Below, one piece after another: positions 53,801 to 64,000 of a stretch of 64,000 nt of DNA. This DNA comes from Blastocladiella emersonii ATCC 22665 (taxonomy: Eukaryota > Fungi > Blastocladiomycota). How positions within the stretch are numbered: position 1 is the stretch's first letter; every line of letters begins with the position of its first letter. The stretch lies in contig JANHCV010000015.1 in assembly GCA_025594325.1 (NCBI GenBank), positions 1,004,027-1,068,026 of the forward strand, given 5' to 3'. The notes below the pieces were generated by a model. That model was not told where the DNA came from. It made no database searches and saw only the letters and a program-made list of their open reading frames with translations. The position numbers and the translations under genes are program-made.

Positions 53801-56800
53801 CAAATATTTAGTTGCCGTGATACTGTGATTTATGGGTCCCTGGCTAGCAGGACAAGCGGGTAGTCAAAGATTTGAATATGGTTTTGTTCGACTACCATGA
53901 CAATTGTCTCCGTGGCTGGTTTGGTACGTCCCTATCATTGGTAAATTCATTGCGTGCATATTGTGATTCGTGGAGGGTCAATGTTGCTGCTACCTTGCCC
54001 GCATGCGCGCTGCGTCCGCCGACCCACCTAGGCCAGACAGGAAGGAAAGGGGACCCCAAGAGCCCCACGACACCACTGTAGCTCCACTACCACCACAGCA
54101 CCCACCAACACCACCTACAAACAAACACGACCCGCCAAGGCGCACGCAGCGACACCCGCAGCCATGCATGCCATGGCGTTGGTGGATGGTGGCCAACCAA
54201 TCCTCATCACACACGACACGTATGAAGGTCTGCCTGCATCCACCCATCCATTCATTCAACACACGCTCCCTCACGCACCCTTTCACTTGTGTTGCTTGAC
54301 AGCCAGCTAGCCAGGTCCGGCTGCTGCTACCTATCCATTCTGCCTGCCTCCCACGCCCGCCGCGTCCTGAGCCAGGCAGGGCTGTGCTGCGATACACGGC
54401 CGCGGCCAGTCCACGGTAATGGTACCCATGCAGTACGTTCCATGGCCGCCCGGCCACCCTAGCTTGGTGCTTGTGTGTCCCCTTGGTCACCTTGGTCACC
54501 TTGGTCACCTTGGTCACCTTGGTCACTTGGTCACTTGGTCTCTTGGTCTCTTGGCGCTTGTGATGGAGGTCTATCTAACCCAGGCACGCACGGACACAGG
54601 CCCGCACGCCCACACGCACTCCCGCCAGGAGCATGTGGTGTGTGGGTCATCATCCACCATTCAGTTTGTAGTCCCTAGCACCCCTTGGCCCCAGCACTGT
54701 CTCCTTCCTGCAGGAGGAGCCCTGCCGCCTCAGCCCTCCGCAGCCAGCCCTCTGCAGCCCAGTGAAGCAGTACGGCTGCTACGCTGTTTGCAAGGTACGG
54801 TGGCCAGGGCGACGCAGGTGCTGTGGTGTTGCTTGCCACTTGGCTGGCGACAGGGGCTGGCGCACCCATTGCAAGGCGTTCTGACGGACCCCGCGGCCAT
54901 GAAAGCATGGGGGCAGCACTGGACACGAGTCTATCAATCAACGGCACTGGGAGGGCAGGCAGGCGCACCCGTTGGAGCGAGCCGACCTGGATGATAAATC
55001 ATTGTTGAGTTGAGGACGCCTTGCATGCCTGCCGTTCATGCGAGCGTGTGTGACACCAGGGTGGCCGTTTGCGCCGTGTGCGCACGGCGTGGAGCGCCAG
55101 GCGCTGTGCGCTGTGCGCGCTGCACGGTGCGTGGTGTACATCCGTCAGCGGGTGAGTGGTTTCACGCGGATAGACAGAGGAGCTGCTCGGAACCCTCGTT
55201 GGCCCATCATCATGCAGGGCTTGGAGTGGACAGCAGAGCTGGCAGCCTGGAGGAGACCAGTCGTATATTGACAAACCGAACCCCTCTCAGACTACATACG
55301 AGATAGATAATATCTACTGGGTGGGCGCTGTCAGTCAGGCTGTCAGTGTGGCAGGCTGCCAGGCTGCCAGGCTGCCAGGGCTCATCATTCATTCCTTTGT
55401 TGGCTGGGACGGCAACCAGAGAGCGCGGGCCCACAAAGACTTGCGAGGCGGTGTGGGTGTTCGGATAGCAGGTAGGCAAGTTGGCAGGTTGGCAGGTTGG
55501 CAGGCTGGCAGGTTGGCCGTTTACTTAGTTGATTGGACCGTGTACTTTGACGACGGGCTCCATACTTAGGGGATCGAAGAGTTGGCTAGTGGAGTGTGCA
55601 CAAAGCGGTAGATTTGAATATCTGGCGCTTTGGTTCCTTGCCCACCTGGACGTGAGGGTATACGAAGATTTGATTGAGTATAGTTATGTTTGAGTACCAT
55701 GAAAATTATCAGCGTGGCGGGATTGATACATCCCGCTTGTCGGAAATTTTGTTGGTTCAATACTGTGATTTATCGGCCCTTGCCCACCTGGACATGGGGC
55801 ACTCGAAGATTTGAGTATGGTTTCGTTTGAGTGCCATGACAATTATCTGCGTGGCTGGTTTACGACATTTCTTTGGTCAGATATTGTGTTGCTGTGATAC
55901 TGTGATTTATGGGTCCCTGGCTAGCTGGACAAGCGGGAAGTGAAAGATTTGAATATGGTTTTGTTTGAGTATCAAGACCATTACCTGCGTGGTCGGTTAT
56001 GTAGACTCCTATGGTCAGATATTTTGTTGGTTTGATACTGTGATTTATGGGTCTCCAACCTGCTGGACATCTGGGAAGTCATAGATTTGAGTATGGTTTT
56101 GTTTGAGTACCATGACAATTATCTCCGCAGCTTGTTTACTATGTTTCCATGGTCAGTTTTATTGTTGCTTTGAATTTACGATTTATGGGTCCTGAACAAG
56201 CTGGACATGTGAATAGTCAAAGACTTGACTATGGTTTTGTTTGAGTGCCATGACAATTACCTACGTGGCTTGTATACTCTATTTCCATGGTCAGATATTT
56301 GTTGGTTCGATATTACGATTTATGGGTCCTCAACCAGCTTGACATGCGGGAAAGCAAAGATTAGAATATGGTTTTGATTAAGTACCATGACAATCATCTG
56401 CGTGGCTGGTTTACTATATTTCCATGGTCAGATATTTTGTTGGTTCGATACTGTGATGTATGGGTCCCTGGCCAGCTGGACACACGGTAAAGCAAAGACT
56501 TGAAGATGGTTTTGTTTGAGTACCATAACAATCATGTACGAGGTTGGTTTACTATCTTTCTGTTGTCAAATATTTAGTTGCCGTGATACTGTGATTTATG
56601 GGTCCCTGGCTAGCAGGACAAGCGGGTAGTCAAAGATTTGAATATGGTTTTGTTCGACTACCATGACAATTGTCTCCGTGGCTGGTTTGGTACGTCCCTA
56701 TCATTGGTAAATTCATTGCGTGCATATTGTGATTCGTGGAGGGTCAATGTTGCTGCTACCTTGCCCGCATGCGCGCTGCGTCCGCCGACCCACCTAGGCC

Positions 56801-59800
56801 AGACAGGAAGGAAAGGGGACCCCAAGAGCCCCACGACACCACTGTAGCTCCACTACCACCACAGCACCCACCAACACCACCTACAAACAAACACGACCCG
56901 CCAAGGCGCACGCAGCGACACCCGCAGCCATGCATGCCATGGCGTTGGTGGATGGTGGCCAACCAATCCTCATCACACACGACACGTATGAAGGTCTGCC
57001 TGCATCCACCCATCCATTCATTCAACACACGCTCCCTCACGCACCCTTTCACTTGTGTTGCTTGACAGCCAGCTAGCCAGGTCCGGCTGCTGCTACCTAT
57101 CCATTCTGCCTGCCTCCCACGCCCGCCGCGTCCTGAGCCAGGCAGGGCTGTGCTGCGATACACGGCCGCGGCCAGTCCACGGTAATGGTACCCATGCAGT
57201 ACGTTCCATGGCCGCCCGGCCACCCTAGCTTGGTGCTTGTGTGTCCCCTTGGTCACCTTGGTCACCTTGGTCACCTTGGTCACCTTGGTCACTTGGTCAC
57301 TTGGTCTCTTGGTCTCTTGGCGCTTGTGATGGAGGTCTATCTAACCCAGGCACGCACGGACACAGGCCCGCACGCCCACACGCACTCCCGCCAGGAGCAT
57401 GTGGTGTGTGGGTCATCATCCACCATTCAGTTTGTAGTCCCTAGCACCCCTTGGCCCCAGCACTGTCTCCTTCCTGCAGGAGGAGCCCTGCCGCCTCAGC
57501 CCTCCGCAGCCAGCCCTCTGCAGCCCAGTGAAGCAGTACGGCTGCTACGCTGTTTGCAAGGTACGGTGGCCAGGGCGACGCAGGTGCTGTGGTGTTGCTT
57601 GCCACTTGGCTGGCGACAGGGGCTGGCGCACCCATTGCAAGGCGTTCTGACGGACCCCGCGGCCATGAAAGCATGGGGGCAGCACTGGACACGAGTCTAT
57701 CAATCAACGGCACTGGGAGGGCAGGCAGGCGCACCCGTTGGAGCGAGCCGACCTGGATGATAAATCATTGTTGAGTTGAGGACGCCTTGCATGCCTGCCG
57801 TTCATGCGAGCGTGTGTGACACCAGGGTGGCCGTTTGCGCCGTGTGCGCACGGCGTGGAGCGCCAGGCGCTGTGCGCTGTGCGCGCTGCACGGTGCGTGG
57901 TGTACATCCGTCAGCGGGTGAGTGGTTTCACGCGGATAGACAGAGGAGCTGCTCGGAACCCTCGTTGGCCCATCATCATGCAGGGCTTGGAGTGGACAGC
58001 AGAGCTGGCAGCCTGGAGGAGACCAGTCGTATATTGACAAACCGAACCCCTCTCAGACTACATACGAGATAGATAATATCTACTGGGTGGGCGCTGTCAG
58101 TCAGGCTGTCAGTGTGGCAGGCTGCCAGGCTGCCAGGCTGCCAGGGCTCATCATTCATTCCTTTGTTGGCTGGGACGGCAACCAGAGAGCGCGGGCCCAC
58201 AAAGACTTGCGAGGCGGTGTGGGTGTTCGGATAGCAGGTAGGCAAGTTGGCAGGTTGGCAGGTTGGCAGGCTGGCAGGTTGGCCGTTTACTTAGTTGATT
58301 GGACCGTGTACTTTGACGACGGGCTCCATACTTAGGGGATCGAAGAGTTGGCTAGTGGAGTGTGCACAAAGCGGTAGATTTGAATATCTGGCGCTTTGGT
58401 TCCTTGCCCACCTGGACGTGAGGGTATACGAAGATTTGATTGAGTATAGTTATGTTTGAGTACCATGAAAATTATCAGCGTGGCGGGATTGATACATCCC
58501 GCTTGTCGGAAATTTTGTTGGTTCAATACTGTGATTTATCGGCCCTTGCCCACCTGGACATGGGGCACTCGAAGATTTGAGTATGGTTTCGTTTGAGTGC
58601 CATGACAATTATCTGCGTGGCTGGTTTACGACATTTCTTTGGTCAGATATTGTGTTGCTGTGATACTGTGATTTATGGGTCCCTGGCTAGCTGGACAAGC
58701 GGGAAGTGAAAGATTTGAATATGGTTTTGTTTGAGTATCAAGACCATTACCTGCGTGGTCGGTTATGTAGACTCCTATGGTCAGATATTTTGTTGGTTTG
58801 ATACTGTGATTTATGGGTCTCCAACCTGCTGGACATCTGGGAAGTCATAGATTTGAGTATGGTTTTGTTTGAGTACCATGACAATTATCTCCGCAGCTTG
58901 TTTACTATGTTTCCATGGTCAGTTTTATTGTTGCTTTGAATTTACGATTTATGGGTCCTGAACAAGCTGGACATGTGAATAGTCAAAGACTTGACTATGG
59001 TTTTGTTTGAGTGCCATGACAATTACCTACGTGGCTTGTATACTCTATTTCCATGGTCAGATATTTGTTGGTTCGATATTACGATTTATGGGTCCTCAAC
59101 CAGCTTGACATGCGGGAAAGCAAAGATTAGAATATGGTTTTGATTAAGTACCATGACAATCATCTGCGTGGCTGGTTTACTATATTTCCATGGTCAGATA
59201 TTTTGTTGGTTCGATACTGTGATGTATGGGTCCCTGGCCAGCTGGACACACGGTAAAGCAAAGACTTGAAGATGGTTTTGTTTGAGTACCATAACAATCA
59301 TGTACGAGGTTGGTTTACTATCTTTCTGTTGTCAAATATTTAGTTGCCGTGATACTGTGATTTATGGGTCCCTGGCTAGCAGGACAAGCGGGTAGTCAAA
59401 GATTTGAATATGGTTTTGTTCGACTACCATGACAATTGTCTCCGTGGCTGGTTTGGTACGTCCCTATCATTGGTAAATTCATTGCGTGCATATTGTGATT
59501 CGTGGAGGGTCAATGTTGCTGCTACCTTGCCCGCATGCGCGCTGCGTCCGCCGACCCACCTAGGCCAGACAGGAAGGAAAGGGGACCCCAAGAGCCCCAC
59601 GACACCACTGTAGCTCCACTACCACCACAGCACCCACCAACACCACCTACAAACAAACACGACCCGCCAAGGCGCACGCAGCGACACCCGCAGCCATGCA
59701 TGCCATGGCGTTGGTGGATGGTGGCCAACCAATCCTCATCACACACGACACGTATGAAGGTCTGCCTGCATCCACCCATCCATTCATTCAACACACGCTC

Positions 59801-62800
59801 CCTCACGCACCCTTTCACTTGTGTTGCTTGACAGCCAGCTAGCCAGGTCCGGCTGCTGCTACCTATCCATTCTGCCTGCCTCCCACGCCCGCCGCGTCCT
59901 GAGCCAGGCAGGGCTGTGCTGCGATACACGGCCGCGGCCAGTCCACGGTAATGGTACCCATGCAGTACGTTCCATGGCCGCCCGGCCACCCTAGCTTGGT
60001 GCTTGTGTGTCCCCTTGGTCACCTTGGTCACCTTGGTCACCTTGGTCACCTTGGTCACTTGGTCACTTGGTCTCTTGGTCTCTTGGCGCTTGTGATGGAG
60101 GTCTATCTAACCCAGGCACGCACGGACACAGGCCCGCACGCCCACACGCACTCCCGCCAGGAGCATGTGGTGTGTGGGTCATCATCCACCATTCAGTTTG
60201 TAGTCCCTAGCACCCCTTGGCCCCAGCACTGTCTCCTTCCTGCAGGAGGAGCCCTGCCGCCTCAGCCCTCCGCAGCCAGCCCTCTGCAGCCCAGTGAAGC
60301 AGTACGGCTGCTACGCTGTTTGCAAGGTACGGTGGCCAGGGCGACGCAGGTGCTGTGGTGTTGCTTGCCACTTGGCTGGCGACAGGGGCTGGCGCACCCA
60401 TTGCAAGGCGTTCTGACGGACCCCGCGGCCATGAAAGCATGGGGGCAGCACTGGACACGAGTCTATCAATCAACGGCACTGGGAGGGCAGGCAGGCGCAC
60501 CCGTTGGAGCGAGCCGACCTGGATGATAAATCATTGTTGAGTTGAGGACGCCTTGCATGCCTGCCGTTCATGCGAGCGTGTGTGACACCAGGGTGGCCGT
60601 TTGCGCCGTGTGCGCACGGCGTGGAGCGCCAGGCGCTGTGCGCTGTGCGCGCTGCACGGTGCGTGGTGTACATCCGTCAGCGGGTGAGTGGTTTCACGCG
60701 GATAGACAGAGGAGCTGCTCGGAACCCTCGTTGGCCCATCATCATGCAGGGCTTGGAGTGGACAGCAGAGCTGGCAGCCTGGAGGAGACCAGTCGTATAT
60801 TGACAAACCGAACCCCTCTCAGACTACATACGAGATAGATAATATCTACTGGGTGGGCGCTGTCAGTCAGGCTGTCAGTGTGGCAGGCTGCCAGGCTGCC
60901 AGGCTGCCAGGGCTCATCATTCATTCCTTTGTTGGCTGGGACGGCAACCAGAGAGCGCGGGCCCACAAAGACTTGCGAGGCGGTGTGGGTGTTCGGATAG
61001 CAGGTAGGCAAGTTGGCAGGTTGGCAGGTTGGCAGGCTGGCAGGTTGGCCGTTTACTTAGTTGATTGGACCGTGTACTTTGACGACGGGCTCCATACTTA
61101 GGGGATCGAAGAGTTGGCTAGTGGAGTGTGCACAAAGCGGTAGATTTGAATATCTGGCGCTTTGGTTCCTTGCCCACCTGGACGTGAGGGTATACGAAGA
61201 TTTGATTGAGTATAGTTATGTTTGAGTACCATGAAAATTATCAGCGTGGCGGGATTGATACATCCCGCTTGTCGGAAATTTTGTTGGTTCAATACTGTGA
61301 TTTATCGGCCCTTGCCCACCTGGACATGGGGCACTCGAAGATTTGAGTATGGTTTCGTTTGAGTGCCATGACAATTATCTGCGTGGCTGGTTTACGACAT
61401 TTCTTTGGTCAGATATTGTGTTGCTGTGATACTGTGATTTATGGGTCCCTGGCTAGCTGGACAAGCGGGAAGTGAAAGATTTGAATATGGTTTTGTTTGA
61501 GTATCAAGACCATTACCTGCGTGGTCGGTTATGTAGACTCCTATGGTCAGATATTTTGTTGGTTTGATACTGTGATTTATGGGTCTCCAACCTGCTGGAC
61601 ATCTGGGAAGTCATAGATTTGAGTATGGTTTTGTTTGAGTACCATGACAATTATCTCCGCAGCTTGTTTACTATGTTTCCATGGTCAGTTTTATTGTTGC
61701 TTTGAATTTACGATTTATGGGTCCTGAACAAGCTGGACATGTGAATAGTCAAAGACTTGACTATGGTTTTGTTTGAGTGCCATGACAATTACCTACGTGG
61801 CTTGTATACTCTATTTCCATGGTCAGATATTTGTTGGTTCGATATTACGATTTATGGGTCCTCAACCAGCTTGACATGCGGGAAAGCAAAGATTAGAATA
61901 TGGTTTTGATTAAGTACCATGACAATCATCTGCGTGGCTGGTTTACTATATTTCCATGGTCAGATATTTTGTTGGTTCGATACTGTGATGTATGGGTCCC
62001 TGGCCAGCTGGACACACGGTAAAGCAAAGACTTGAAGATGGTTTTGTTTGAGTACCATAACAATCATGTACGAGGTTGGTTTACTATCTTTCTGTTGTCA
62101 AATATTTAGTTGCCGTGATACTGTGATTTATGGGTCCCTGGCTAGCAGGACAAGCGGGTAGTCAAAGATTTGAATATGGTTTTGTTCGACTACCATGACA
62201 ATTGTCTCCGTGGCTGGTTTGGTACGTCCCTATCATTGGTAAATTCATTGCGTGCATATTGTGATTCGTGGAGGGTCAATGTTGCTGCTACCTTGCCCGC
62301 ATGCGCGCTGCGTCCGCCGACCCACCTAGGCCAGACAGGAAGGAAAGGGGACCCCAAGAGCCCCACGACACCACTGTAGCTCCACTACCACCACAGCACC
62401 CACCAACACCACCTACAAACAAACACGACCCGCCAAGGCGCACGCAGCGACACCCGCAGCCATGCATGCCATGGCGTTGGTGGATGGTGGCCAACCAATC
62501 CTCATCACACACGACACGTATGAAGGTCTGCCTGCATCCACCCATCCATTCATTCAACACACGCTCCCTCACGCACCCTTTCACTTGTGTTGCTTGACAG
62601 CCAGCTAGCCAGGTCCGGCTGCTGCTACCTATCCATTCTGCCTGCCTCCCACGCCCGCCGCGTCCTGAGCCAGGCAGGGCTGTGCTGCGATACACGGCCG
62701 CGGCCAGTCCACGGTAATGGTACCCATGCAGTACGTTCCATGGCCGCCCGGCCACCCTAGCTTGGTGCTTGTGTGTCCCCTTGGTCACCTTGGTCACCTT

Positions 62801-64000
62801 GGTCACCTTGGTCACCTTGGTCACTTGGTCACTTGGTCTCTTGGTCTCTTGGCGCTTGTGATGGAGGTCTATCTAACCCAGGCACGCACGGACACAGGCC
62901 CGCACGCCCACACGCACTCCCGCCAGGAGCATGTGGTGTGTGGGTCATCATCCACCATTCAGTTTGTAGTCCCTAGCACCCCTTGGCCCCAGCACTGTCT
63001 CCTTCCTGCAGGAGGAGCCCTGCCGCCTCAGCCCTCCGCAGCCAGCCCTCTGCAGCCCAGTGAAGCAGTACGGCTGCTACGCTGTTTGCAAGGTACGGTG
63101 GCCAGGGCGACGCAGGTGCTGTGGTGTTGCTTGCCACTTGGCTGGCGACAGGGGCTGGCGCACCCATTGCAAGGCGTTCTGACGGACCCCGCGGCCATGA
63201 AAGCATGGGGGCAGCACTGGACACGAGTCTATCAATCAACGGCACTGGGAGGGCAGGCAGGCGCACCCGTTGGAGCGAGCCGACCTGGATGATAAATCAT
63301 TGTTGAGTTGAGGACGCCTTGCATGCCTGCCGTTCATGCGAGCGTGTGTGACACCAGGGTGGCCGTTTGCGCCGTGTGCGCACGGCGTGGAGCGCCAGGC
63401 GCTGTGCGCTGTGCGCGCTGCACGGTGCGTGGTGTACATCCGTCAGCGGGTGAGTGGTTTCACGCGGATAGACAGAGGAGCTGCTCGGAACCCTCGTTGG
63501 CCCATCATCATGCAGGGCTTGGAGTGGACAGCAGAGCTGGCAGCCTGGAGGAGACCAGTCGTATATTGACAAACCGAACCCCTCTCAGACTACATACGAG
63601 ATAGATAATATCTACTGGGTGGGCGCTGTCAGTCAGGCTGTCAGTGTGGCAGGCTGCCAGGCTGCCAGGCTGCCAGGGCTCATCATTCATTCCTTTGTTG
63701 GCTGGGACGGCAACCAGAGAGCGCGGGCCCACAAAGACTTGCGAGGCGGTGTGGGTGTTCGGATAGCAGGTAGGCAAGTTGGCAGGTTGGCAGGTTGGCA
63801 GGCTGGCAGGTTGGCCGTTTACTTAGTTGATTGGACCGTGTACTTTGACGACGGGCTCCATACTTAGGGGATCGAAGAGTTGGCTAGTGGAGTGTGCACA
63901 AAGCGGTAGATTTGAATATCTGGCGCTTTGGTTCCTTGCCCACCTGGACGTGAGGGTATACGAAGATTTGATTGAGTATAGTTATGTTTGAGTACCATGA

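Larger units (their letters stand above)
1..64000. repeat. Macrosatellite / higher-order tandem array, unit 2766 or 2790 bp, 23 full copies plus partial copies at both edges; probably continues beyond the window
   Basis: The same ORF set recurs at 2766/2790-bp spacing. Taking the base after the TTGGCAGG array as unit start, units begin at 49, 2839, 5605, 8371, 11161, 13951, 16717, 19507, 22273, 25039, 27829, 30595, 33361, 36127, 38893, 41683, 44449, 47215, 49981, 52747, 55513, 58279, 61045 and 63811 (partial). All are in the same orientation, and I saw no interrupting insertion. Confidence 0.99.

Noticed and set aside
102-63867. ORF-track entries as real CDSs
   Set aside because: They are short, overlap on both strands, are driven by GC-rich or minisatellite sequence, and none is a recognisable intact protein. 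No CDS was called.
1-64000. Rolling-circle/MDA concatemer of a single 2.77-kb circle (plasmid or CRESS virus)
   Set aside because: There is no Rep or capsid ORF. Shared variants that are interspersed and locally clustered among units do not fit copying of one template. A mis-ordered assembly cannot be excluded.

Overview
The whole 64-kb window is one head-to-tail tandem array of a 2,766/2,790-bp unit: 23 complete copies at 49-63810, plus partial copies at both edges. The copies are near-identical. I found only a 24-bp length dimorphism and five SNP sites, by eye and from the ORF track. Each unit has three nested parts: (i) an AT-rich block of eight old, diverged ~138-bp subrepeats (167-1272 in unit 1); (ii) a GC-rich, ~1.5-kb stretch that is mostly single-copy within the unit and carries a 9/8-mer minisatellite; (iii) two mutually complementary octamer arrays. 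I recognise no intact protein gene, rRNA, tRNA, snRNA, CRISPR array or complete transposon, and the ORF-track entries are the same short ORFs repeated in every unit. The style looks eukaryotic (simple repeats, splice-like motifs), but the organism cannot be named. The most interesting signal is a set of cryptic, decayed coding traces, all on the + strand: a PHD-finger-like Cys/His pattern, a chromodomain-like peptide split by an intron-like insert, and a 46-codon frame running through the 138-bp subrepeats. This suggests the satellite was amplified from a fragment of a chromatin-reader gene or retroelement. That is inference from visual motif matching and needs HMM and dN/dS tests.
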